Source: Deltaproteobacteria bacterium (lineage in GTDB: Bacteria; Desulfobacterota; Desulfobacteria; Desulfobacterales; G020354645). Taken from it: 64,000 nucleotides of DNA. Of this stretch, positions 36,441 to 44,556 are shown in pieces (position 1 is the first letter of the stretch; the number at the start of each line of letters is the position of its first letter). The notes under the pieces were generated by a model that was not told where the DNA came from, ran no database searches, and was given only the letters and a program-made list of their open reading frames with translations. The position numbers and the translations under genes were made by a program. The stretch is taken from assembly GCA_020354645.1 (NCBI GenBank), contig CP070652.1, forward strand, positions 190,330 through 254,329, written 5' to 3'.

Positions 36441-37391
36441 TCAACCGGTTACGGGAAGGACTAAATCACTGGCACCTTTCCCCGAAATCTTTAATTCCGG
36501 CGCGTGCCGCTGCACAATTTCCTGAACGATGGATGCAATTTTTACTTTTTCGCGGATAAGCCCCTGGTGCCAAGCTTCGGCAACCCAGGGTTTGTATATA
36601 TCTCCCTCCGAAGTACCCGGTTCAAATTTAAAATAGCACGGCGACGCGATCCGGGCGATTTCAGGGGCTTCGTAAGCGCGATACATGCCGCCGAATGAAT
36701 CCACGATAATGATATAAACATCCAAGGGTATATCTATGGCTTGACGGATGCTTCCCAAAATGGGAAGTGAGACATCGGATATCGGATTCATGGAGTTTAC
36801 CCCCATGGATTCAATTACTTTGGCACCTGCCGCACTGCAGTATCCGCCGAAAACCGAAAACTTGAATATGGTCTCTTTCGGAATAAGTCCTTCCGCCCGC
36901 ATTTTATTTAAAAGAAAAAGGACGCCTTCATCATAAACCAAAAACCCTCTGTGTCCGGCTTCGATATTTCTCATGATGTCTGCGATATGGTAAGAAACAT
37001 TATCCGAGCCCCTTAACCTGAATGCCTGCATGGCACCTTCAGCCGTCGAGATTTCCTTCGATCCCGCATCCCAGCCTTTTCGATGCCCGACGGTCATCAC
37101 AACTTCAATTTTTTCTTCATAGGCCATTTGGGCCATGGCTTTGAGCTCTTCGAAATCACAATATGTCGAACCCCCGACGGCTGCGATGGCCCGATGGATG
37201 GTCACATCTCTTTTGCGGGCTTCATCGATCATGGCCTCCATGGTTGAAGCTCTCTCGACCCCGGCAATTTCAATCCGGTAATTGGCGCCATCCGGGAAGG
37301 TTTTCGGGGATGTGGGCAGTTCGTATGCATCACGACCGGGAATGCCCTCTTTTTCCATAAAACCACGAATTTTCTTCAGTACTTCTGACAT
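36441..37391 (-). CDS. Conserved-looking protein of unknown function (316 aa)
   Basis: Clean ORF translationally coupled to the iclR stop (shared nt 37391). I could not recognise any catalytic motif. Confidence 0.55.
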   Translation of the reverse strand: MSEVLKKIRGFMEKEGIPGRDAYELPTSPKTFPDGANYRIEIAGVERASTMEAMIDEARKRDVTIHRAIAAVGGSTYCDFEELKAMAQMAYEEKIEVVMTVGHRKGWDAGSKEISTAEGAMQAFRLRGSDNVSYHIADIMRNIEAGHRGFLVYDEGVLFLLNKMRAEGLIPKETIFKFSVFGGYCSAAGAKVIESMGVNSMNPISDVSLPILGSIRQAIDIPLDVYIIIVDSFGGMYRAYEAPEIARIASPCYFKFEPGTSEGDIYKPWVAEAWHQGLIREKVKIASIVQEIVQRHAPELKISGKGASDLVLPVTG

Positions 37392-38212
37392 TATAGCCCC
37401 TCCTTATCATGATCGCCCGGATCGCCGAGTTGATGGGAAAGTTTGCTGCAAACTTCTCTAATTACTTTCCGGATTTGTTCGATACGCTGGTTTTTTAGCC
37501 GCATTGAAGGTCCAGAGACACTGATGGCATAATGAGCTTGACCCGTATGATTGAAAACCGGTGCAGCGACACACCTTAGACCGGCAGCCAATTCCTCATT
37601 ATCCACTGCAAATCCCTTCTTTCGAATTTTTTTAAGTTCTTTTTTAAGCTTTTCTTTGGAGGTAATCGTGTTGGGGCCAAGCGGTTGGAGCTTTTGCCCA
37701 GCCAAAAAATCATCCAGATCATCTGCAGGCAAATGCGCGAGAATCACTTTGCCCAGGGCGGTGCAGTAAGCCGGTGCAGTGGACCCCAACGGCGTGTCCA
37801 TGCGCAGAATCTCCCGGCTGTCGATTTTGTCCAAATGCAATATCCCCCGGCCGTTCCAGTATCCAAGATTGACAGTTTCATTGAAAGCGTTTGAAATCTC
37901 CTGCATGTAAGGGCGAGCAACCGATCGGATTTCAAATCTAGCGGCAACCTTCATTCCAAGTTCCAGTATCTTCAGAGTTGCCTGATACCGACCCTCGGTG
38001 TTTTTTTCAACATAACCCAAGTCACGGAGGGTGGCTAAAAATCGGTGGCTTCCGGCGCGGTTAATCCCTGAAATTTCGGCAACCCTTGAAACGGTTAACT
38101 CCTTCTCCGCTATGAGGAGTTCCAATATTTTAAGGCCCTTTTGAAGTGAGCTGATTTGGTAATATTTCTTTTTCGGTGGCGTCATCTTTATGGTTTTTGA
38201 ACTATGTCGCAA
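37391..38212 (-). CDS. IclR-family transcriptional regulator
   Basis: N-terminal wHTH (SLQKGLKILELL...LTVSRVAEISGINRAGSHRFLATL) plus a C-terminal IclR effector domain (AVDNEELAAGLRCVAAPV). The start may be the ATG at 38185. Confidence 0.9.
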   Translation of the reverse strand: MRHSSKTIKMTPPKKKYYQISSLQKGLKILELLIAEKELTVSRVAEISGINRAGSHRFLATLRDLGYVEKNTEGRYQATLKILELGMKVAARFEIRSVARPYMQEISNAFNETVNLGYWNGRGILHLDKIDSREILRMDTPLGSTAPAYCTALGKVILAHLPADDLDDFLAGQKLQPLGPNTITSKEKLKKELKKIRKKGFAVDNEELAAGLRCVAAPVFNHTGQAHYAISVSGPSMRLKNQRIEQIRKVIREVCSKLSHQLGDPGDHDKEGL

Positions 38213-38325
38213 AGATTTCTGCGGTGTGGATTGAAAGCGGCTAACAATTTATGAACGAATATCAGCGGGTAGATCCGGCGCTTGCAATTAATCCGGAGGG
38301 GAGTTCGCAACAGCTTTAAAAATTG

Positions 38326-38339
38326 TTCACTATATGTGA
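38326..38339. promoter_or_regulatory. Candidate operator TTCACTATATGTGA (TCAC-N5-GTGA palindrome) upstream of iclR
   Basis: A 13/14-identical copy (TTCATTATATGTGA) occurs at 41172-41185, in the divergent promoter region of the same island. Confidence 0.4.
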
Positions 38340-38541
38340 CATAGTCTCATATATTATTACAACCTTTAATCACATTAATGGTGCACCTTGTCAAGTCTTT
38401 TTTTTATTTTTTTTACAATTTCTTAAACTACCGTTGATATTCTGATTTTTTTAATATCCCTTCTTGTCTTTAGATTTCGCTCACGCAGAACTCGGAACAT
38501 TTCTCTTGACTCCAGATGAAATACCGACAGAACAACGGATA

Positions 38542-38862
38542 TCAATACCCAACCAGATCTTTGATAACTTTTTTTCTATCCCGGGGTTCGACCACGATAT
38601 CGCCGGTAACGATTTTGGTGCAGCTCAAAACCGATTTTCCGTTCACCATAACAACACATCCTTTGCACAACCCGCACCGACACGACTGGTAAAAGGCCAA
38701 GCCGCCATCATATCGCTCATTAATAAATTGCAAAATGTTTGATACACTCATGCGCTCATTAAGAGGTACTCGGTAGGTTTGATAATAAGGCTCTTTTCCA
38801 ATTTCCCGTGAAAACCGCAATATTTTTACATTGATTTCGGAATTAGACATTGTCCTGATCAT
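38542..38862 (-). CDS. Stand-alone 2Fe-2S protein equivalent to the N-terminal domain of SdhB/FrdB
   Basis: SCRCGLCKGCVVMVNGKSVLSC has the C-x4-C-x2-C-x11-C spacing of the SdhB 2Fe-2S site. At 106 aa it has no 4Fe-4S or 3Fe-4S domain. Confidence 0.75.
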   Translation of the reverse strand: MIRTMSNSEINVKILRFSREIGKEPYYQTYRVPLNERMSVSNILQFINERYDGGLAFYQSCRCGLCKGCVVMVNGKSVLSCTKIVTGDIVVEPRDRKKVIKDLVGY

Positions 38863-38867
38863 TCCCG

Positions 38868-40586
38868 CTACTCAATAGGGTTACGCGGATAAATCTCCAA
38901 ACCGGAGGCTGTTAATTCTACGACCAAATTGCATCGCCACTTTTCGATCTGCTGGGGCCAATCAATTCGGTAATGAACACCGCGGCTTTCTTCCCTGGCC
39001 AACGCGCATTGAATGATCGCTTCCAAGAGAATCAATAGGTTCCTGTTTTGGAGTACCTGTATCCATTCTGGATTATAGACGCGATCCTTGCAAGTAAGAC
39101 CAGATTGATGGTGTTCATGCGTGAGCTCTTTGAGAGAAGCCAGGGCCCCTTCAAGTTCCTGGCCATCGCGAATTGGGCCCACTTTCCCCCAAGCCCTTTC
39201 TTGAATCTTTTTCTTAACCATAAAGGTTGTATGGCTGCCTTTTCTTTCCAACGGAGCTTGGGCCTCCGTAACAATTTCATCGATTTGCGATTGGTCAACC
39301 ACTGACCCGTTTGCCTGTTTGGCATACTCGGCCGCCTTGCGACCGGCCATTTCACCTGCCACAAGTATCTCCATACAGGCATTTCCGGAAAGTCGGTTGG
39401 CGCCATGCAGCCCGCCGACCACTTCTCCTGCGGCAAATAGGCCCGGCAAAGAGGTCTGGCAATCCAGATCCACGTCGATCCCACCAACAAAAAAATGACA
39501 AGCAGGGCCAACTTCCAACGCTTCTCCCCGGGAGAGGATATCCCGGATGAATGAAAAGTCAAAGCCTTCAAACCGCCAATTCTTCTTCAGATGCAATTTT
39601 AAGGTCCGGTTGGCAAAATCATCCAAAATGTTGCGGGGTAGATGTGCTAGAGATAGATAAATGCCACCATTTGGTGTGCCGCGACCGTGCTTGACTTCAT
39701 AACCGATGGCTGCAGATAATTTGTCTCGCGTCGTTTTTTCGAGAAGTTCCGGATCCCAGCGGCGCATGAAACGCTCTCCCCGGCGGTTCAAAAGCCAACC
39801 ATCGAGAGAATCCACACTTTCTGCAACCAATGAAAAGGGAAAGTAACTGCCCCTGTAAGGCAGTGGTCCTATTAGGCAAAGTGGCATGAACTGTATCATT
39901 TCGAAGTCGACGAGACGGGCACCGGCTCGAAGGGCCATGGCGTAGCCATCGCCGGTGAGTTCCACTGCTCCGGTCTGGATAGGATACAGCATAGATCCGC
40001 CTCCTGTCGCCAGAATGACCGCGCGTGCGCGAAACACGGCAAATTCGCCGGTTCGCAAATCCAGCCCGATTGCTCCGATAACCGAATTTCCAGTGGTCAG
40101 CAGATCTATAACAAAGGTGTACTCTTTTACTGTTAGGTCAACGGAGCGCAGCTGTTTATTTAATACACGGACGATCTCTCGACCGGTGGTGCTGACACCC
40201 CGAGGATAACGGTGGCCTGGACACTGCATCACGCCTCTAATTTTCATGCCCCAGGCCATCATCTCTTTGACCCGTATCGGAGCTGCTTCAACAATTTTTT
40301 CAGCAAGGGGAAGGTTGTTGATGAATTTTCCTGCCCTTAAAATGTCTTCCAGAAAAATTTGAGGACTGTCTTTTGAATTTCCGACAGATAAGCCCAGAAC
40401 ATCGAAGATACTGGCCCCGTCGACGCTAATGTCTGCAGCAGCCATCAGGGTTGCACCGCTTTTCCCTATGCGTCCCTTGGTTACGATCAGTACTGAAGCC
40501 CCCTGTTTTGCCGCCGCGATGGCCGCTCGAGTGCCAGCACCTTCACTGCCGATAATCAAAACGTCGGTATCGTAAATAGTATTCAT
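38868..40586 (-). CDS. FAD flavoprotein of the succinate dehydrogenase / fumarate reductase / L-aspartate oxidase family
   Basis: DVLIIGSEGAGTRAA dinucleotide fold. GLFAAGEVVGGLHGANRLSGN and SRGVHYRIDWP blocks. The His used for covalent FAD in SdhA is absent (SGATLMAAAD), as in NadB. Confidence 0.85.
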   Translation of the reverse strand: MNTIYDTDVLIIGSEGAGTRAAIAAAKQGASVLIVTKGRIGKSGATLMAAADISVDGASIFDVLGLSVGNSKDSPQIFLEDILRAGKFINNLPLAEKIVEAAPIRVKEMMAWGMKIRGVMQCPGHRYPRGVSTTGREIVRVLNKQLRSVDLTVKEYTFVIDLLTTGNSVIGAIGLDLRTGEFAVFRARAVILATGGGSMLYPIQTGAVELTGDGYAMALRAGARLVDFEMIQFMPLCLIGPLPYRGSYFPFSLVAESVDSLDGWLLNRRGERFMRRWDPELLEKTTRDKLSAAIGYEVKHGRGTPNGGIYLSLAHLPRNILDDFANRTLKLHLKKNWRFEGFDFSFIRDILSRGEALEVGPACHFFVGGIDVDLDCQTSLPGLFAAGEVVGGLHGANRLSGNACMEILVAGEMAGRKAAEYAKQANGSVVDQSQIDEIVTEAQAPLERKGSHTTFMVKKKIQERAWGKVGPIRDGQELEGALASLKELTHEHHQSGLTCKDRVYNPEWIQVLQNRNLLILLEAIIQCALAREESRGVHYRIDWPQQIEKWRCNLVVELTASGLEIYPRNPIE

Positions 40587-40645
40587 TGGGTGGGAGGTGG
40601 ATCTGAACTACATGAAATAACCACCGTAAAATTAAAAGGATTGAA

Positions 40646-41107
40646 TCAAGGTTCAACTTCCACGATCATTTCAATTTCAACCGCGATGTTGCCCGGCAGC
40701 GAAATCGTACCGACGGCGGATCGAGCATGTTTTCCGGCAGGGCCGAAGACCTCTACGAGCAAATCAGAAGCACCATTGATCACTTTGGGTTGATCGTAAA
40801 AATCAGGTGTGCAATTGACCATAGCCAAAAGCTTAACGATTCGCCTGATCTTGTCCAGATCACCCAGTTCCTTTTTTAAAGACGCCAGCAGATTGACGAC
40901 CGTCCGGCGGGCAGCCTCGTAGCCCTGCTCTAAATTCAGATCCTGTCCCAGCTTGCCGGTGATCAGGGTTCCATCCGGTCGGCGTGGGTCGTGACCCGAT
41001 AAAAAGATCAGGTTGTCTGTCCGAACAGCCTTGATATAATTGGCTTCCGGCGTCACAGGCGATGGGAGTTCAATCCCCATTTCTTTGAGCTTTGCTTCGG
41101 GTTTCAT
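40646..41107 (-). CDS. RidA/YjgF/TdcF-family enamine/imine deaminase
   Basis: About 153 aa with family blocks LIFLSGH and ARSAVGTISLPGNIAVEIEMIVEV. AAGAGGG RBS before ATG 41107. The track ORF starts at 41137. Confidence 0.85.
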   Translation of the reverse strand: MKPEAKLKEMGIELPSPVTPEANYIKAVRTDNLIFLSGHDPRRPDGTLITGKLGQDLNLEQGYEAARRTVVNLLASLKKELGDLDKIRRIVKLLAMVNCTPDFYDQPKVINGASDLLVEVFGPAGKHARSAVGTISLPGNIAVEIEMIVEVEP

Positions 41108-41171
41108 AGACGGTGCCCTCTTATCAGGAAAATTCAATTTTAAGTGCTTCTAACAAAGCGGTTCAACATTA

Positions 41172-41185
41172 TTCATTATATGTGA
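41172..41185. promoter_or_regulatory. Second copy of the candidate IclR operator (TTCATTATATGTGA)
   Basis: Lies in the divergent intergenic region between ridA (minus) and the second doeA-like gene (plus). 13/14 identical to 38326-38339. Confidence 0.4.
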
Positions 41186-41389
41186 TTATGTTCTATATTA
41201 TGTTATATTTTCCTAACCAAGCAAAATGTCCATGTCAAGCTACAATAATTGCTTGCCTGTTGACAAAACAAATTTCCAAGCAGTATGTGAAGGTTCAGCG
41301 ACAGTGAAACTTTAACTGTAAGACGTTGGCAGGATTGATAAATTTTTGATTTCTTGGATTCGAAAGTCGCTCAAATTGGGTTGGAATCT

Positions 41390-41467
41390 GAGGGAAAATT
41401 TGGCTTGGGTGGTTGCGGTCTCCCCCCATTGCCAAATCAAGAAAAACACTAAAGGGCTCCGACAATG
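41390..41467. repeat. Family-C hairpin-repeat fragment in the 5' leader of the second doeA-like gene
   Basis: GGTGGTTGCGGTCTCCCCCCATTGCCAAATCAAGAAAAACA...GACAATG closely parallels 59271-59320 (GGTGGCTGCGGTCTCCCCCACTGCCAAATTGCAGAAAAACA...GACAATG). Confidence 0.6.
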
Positions 41468-41525
41468 ACATTATGAGGAAATGGCCCCCCGTCAATCAAT
41501 AATTACCAAAGAGGTGATTGCAATA

Positions 41526-42692
41526 ATGTATTTTGAGTTCATAGAATACCAAGAAAGATTGAGAAAAATCAAGGAAGCCATGTACAAACAGGGAATCGAA
41601 GTTCTCCTGGTGACCGATCCCGCTAATATGAATTATGTGTCCGGTTATGACGGCTGGTCTTTCTATGTTCATCAGGGAGTCCTGGTCATTATTGACCGGG
41701 ACGAGCCGATCTGGTTTGGACGTCAGCAGGACAGCAATGGTGCACGCTTGACCACCTGGCTGAATGATGAGAGCATCCGCGGCTATCAGGACGACTACGT
41801 GCAATCGAAACTCAAGCATCAGATGGACTTTGTTGCGGACATACTCAAAGAGAGCGGTTGGGATCGAAGAAGCCTGGGGGTTGAAATGGACAATTATTAT
41901 TTTACCGGCCAGTGCCTGGAACAGCTTCGAAAGAATTTACCGCAAACCAGAATTATGGATGCCAATCTATTGGTTAACTGGATTCGGGTCATCAAGTCCG
42001 ATAAAGAAATCGAATACATGATAATGGCGGCCCGCATCGTGGAAAATGTCATGCAAACCGCCATCGAAGCAATTGGACCGGGGGTGAGAGAGGGTGATGC
42101 CGCCGGCAAGGTCTACCAGGCACAGATTCGCGGCACGCCTGAATATACCGGTGATTACAGCGCCATCATACCCATCATGCCGTCCGGCATCAGAACCTCC
42201 ACGGCCCATCTGTCCTGGACCGACCGGAAATATGAAACCGGGGACATGGTATTGCTTGAATTGTCAGGATGTAAATACCGCTATCATGCTCCGCTTTCCC
42301 GGACAGTGATGATCGGCAAAGCTCCGGCAGAACTTCAAGATATTGCCAAGGTGGTGATCGAGGGATTAAATCAAACCATCGATTTTATCAAACCGGGAGT
42401 CACCGCAGAAGAGGTGGAACAAAAATGGCGGGAGGCCATTGCAGGCAGTACCGTTGCCAAAGAGTCTCGTATCGGATATTGTTATGGACTGAATTACCCC
42501 CCGGATTGGGGTGAACACACCATTAGTTTGCGTCCCGGAGACAAGAACGTGCTCCAACCAAATATGACCTTGCATGTGATGCCCGGTATTTGGATCGAAA
42601 AATTCGGTTTCGAGTGCAGTGAACCGGTCCGGGTTACAGATAACGGTTGCGAGACATTTGTCAATTTTGCGAGAGAGCTTTTTATCAAATAA
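41526..42692 (+). CDS. M24-family creatinase/ectoine-hydrolase-like protein (DoeA/EutD-like), copy 2
   Basis: Collinear with copy 1 (LLVTDPANMNYVSGYDGWSFYVHQ..., YPPDWGEHTISLRPGDKNVLQPNMTLH, ARELFIK*). AAGAGGTGA RBS before ATG 41526. The track ORF starts at 41481. Confidence 0.8.
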   Translation: MYFEFIEYQERLRKIKEAMYKQGIEVLLVTDPANMNYVSGYDGWSFYVHQGVLVIIDRDEPIWFGRQQDSNGARLTTWLNDESIRGYQDDYVQSKLKHQMDFVADILKESGWDRRSLGVEMDNYYFTGQCLEQLRKNLPQTRIMDANLLVNWIRVIKSDKEIEYMIMAARIVENVMQTAIEAIGPGVREGDAAGKVYQAQIRGTPEYTGDYSAIIPIMPSGIRTSTAHLSWTDRKYETGDMVLLELSGCKYRYHAPLSRTVMIGKAPAELQDIAKVVIEGLNQTIDFIKPGVTAEEVEQKWREAIAGSTVAKESRIGYCYGLNYPPDWGEHTISLRPGDKNVLQPNMTLHVMPGIWIEKFGFECSEPVRVTDNGCETFVNFARELFIK

Positions 42693-42712
42693 CAGAAAGG
42701 TAGAATGAATCG

Positions 42713-43711
42713 ATGAAGGTTAGAATCCTGACGGAGAAAGAATTGCGCCGGTCCATTTCGGTCAATCAAGAGGCGCTTGCTGCAATTGAAGAAGCTTTCA
42801 GCTGGCTGGCGGAAGGAAAGGCGACGATGCCGCCAATTATGCATATCGAAGTGCCGGAATATAAGGGAGATGTGGATATCAAATCGGCCTATGTCTTAGG
42901 GCTGGAAAGCTTTGCCGTTAAATTGGGGGCCGGGTTTTTTGAAAACTACCGCCTGGGATTGCCCAACAGCCCCGCGATGATGGTTGTCCTCAGCGCCAAG
43001 ACCGGTTTTGCCGAGGCAGTTCTGTTGGATAATGCTTATCTGACCGATGTGAGAACCGGGGCCGCGGGCGCGGTGGTGGCAAAACACCTGGCACGCGCCA
43101 GCATCGAAAGTGCCGGTGTTATCGGAGCCGGCGCCCAGGGTCGCTACCAAATGATGGGGCTCAAGGTAGTTCGCGACTTCAAACGACTGCTGGCTTATGA
43201 CACCGACGCAGATCGGCTTGCACAATATAAACAGGAAATGGAGCCGGTCTTGGGGGTTGAGGTCATTGCTGCCGCTGACGCCAGCGAAGTCGTAAAAGAA
43301 AGCGATGCGGTGGTCACCAGCACACCTTCCCGCACGCCTTACCTGAAACCGGAATGGCTCCACCCGGGTTTACACATCACCGCCATGGGCGCTGATCTTC
43401 CGGATAAACAGGAGCTTGATCCGGAGGTGTTAAGACTGGCCGATTTGCTGGTATGCGACCGCAAAGCTCAATGCTTTTCAATGGGTGAGCTGCACCACGG
43501 CCTGACAACCGGGATTCTTTCCGAAGATTCTGACATTACCGAGTTGGGGGAAATCACATCCGGCAGGGCGCCCGGTCGGCAAAACGATGATCAGATCACT
43601 CTGTGTGATCTGACCGGCACCGGCGTCCAGGACACCGCAATAGCCTGTCTTGCTTTACACAAGGCCATTGAAAATGGGTTGGGGGTTGAAATCGACCTCG
43701 GTCTCCCGTGA
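42713..43711 (+). CDS. Ornithine cyclodeaminase / mu-crystallin-family NAD(P) enzyme (EutC-like)
   Basis: 332 aa. Rossmann GVIGAGAQG motif and family-typical blocks (LTDVRTGAA, TAMGAD). Confidence 0.87.
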   Translation: MKVRILTEKELRRSISVNQEALAAIEEAFSWLAEGKATMPPIMHIEVPEYKGDVDIKSAYVLGLESFAVKLGAGFFENYRLGLPNSPAMMVVLSAKTGFAEAVLLDNAYLTDVRTGAAGAVVAKHLARASIESAGVIGAGAQGRYQMMGLKVVRDFKRLLAYDTDADRLAQYKQEMEPVLGVEVIAAADASEVVKESDAVVTSTPSRTPYLKPEWLHPGLHITAMGADLPDKQELDPEVLRLADLLVCDRKAQCFSMGELHHGLTTGILSEDSDITELGEITSGRAPGRQNDDQITLCDLTGTGVQDTAIACLALHKAIENGLGVEIDLGLP

Positions 43712-43855
43712 TTATCACGACTGTTCCCATACAATTTAGCCCTAAAAAAACCACAGCTCACACGGAGGATATAACAAATCCAATTCAACCCCGATTCCAC
43801 AAATAAAGTCTGGCATGGGATACGTTGTTTAATGTTAACATAATAGGATAAAGCC

Positions 43856-44467
43856 ATGATAGAAATGGGAACATTGGTTAGCGAGGTCCGCGTGCCGGGT
43901 GGGTATGCCAAAGCATTTGAGATGAAAAAGTCACAATTTTTAACCATAATCGATGTTGAAGGGCAGCAGGTTGGTGATTTCGTGGCCTTCAGCAAGTCAG
44001 ATCTCAAAGAAAAACTTTCTCCGGTGCATACCAGAACCTCCCTGCTGAAGGTGAAGATTTCGATGGGTGATATCCTGCGGAGCAACTATCGAAACCCGAT
44101 GTTTAAAATTGTTGCCGATGCAGTGGGGTGTCATGACATACTGTTGGCCATGTGTGACGAACAACGTTACCTTGTCGATTATGGCGTCAAAGATCATCGA
44201 AGTTGTCTGGCTAATTTTGAAGAGGTGTTACGAACATATGGCATTTCACGAGAGCAGATTCCTGATCCCTTTAATACTTTTCAACACACTAAAATAAAGG
44301 CCGACGGGTCGCTGCTACAGCTGCCCGGCCTGTCGCAACCTGGAGACTGTATTGTGTTTCAGGCACTGATGGATGTAATCGGCGCCGTCTCTGCCTGCCC
44401 CATGGATTTAAATCCAATTGGCGGCAACAAAATAAGCGACCTCATCATTAAGATCAATGAGAGATGA
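43856..44467 (+). CDS. DUF1989-family protein (urea-carboxylase-associated / carboxyguanidine-deiminase-like fold)
   Basis: About 200 aa with N-terminal VPGGYAKAFEMKKSQFLTIIDVEGQQVGDF and a C-terminal ACPMDLNP-type block, as I recall for this family. Confidence 0.65.
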   Translation: MIEMGTLVSEVRVPGGYAKAFEMKKSQFLTIIDVEGQQVGDFVAFSKSDLKEKLSPVHTRTSLLKVKISMGDILRSNYRNPMFKIVADAVGCHDILLAMCDEQRYLVDYGVKDHRSCLANFEEVLRTYGISREQIPDPFNTFQHTKIKADGSLLQLPGLSQPGDCIVFQALMDVIGAVSACPMDLNPIGGNKISDLIIKINER

Positions 44468-44556
44468 AATAAGCTACTAGATCTGGTTATCAAATCACCT
44501 CTAGTCAATTCATCCCAATCGATTCCTCCGAAACTCGAATTACAGGGAAAACTTCT

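Noticed and set aside
38868-40586. Possibility that the flavoprotein is the catalytic subunit of a respiratory succinate dehydrogenase/fumarate reductase or APS reductase
   Set aside because: No membrane-anchor genes are present and the partner has only the 2Fe-2S domain. The covalent-FAD His is absent. AprA is longer and pairs with a 2x[4Fe-4S] AprB. The context is amino-acid catabolism.
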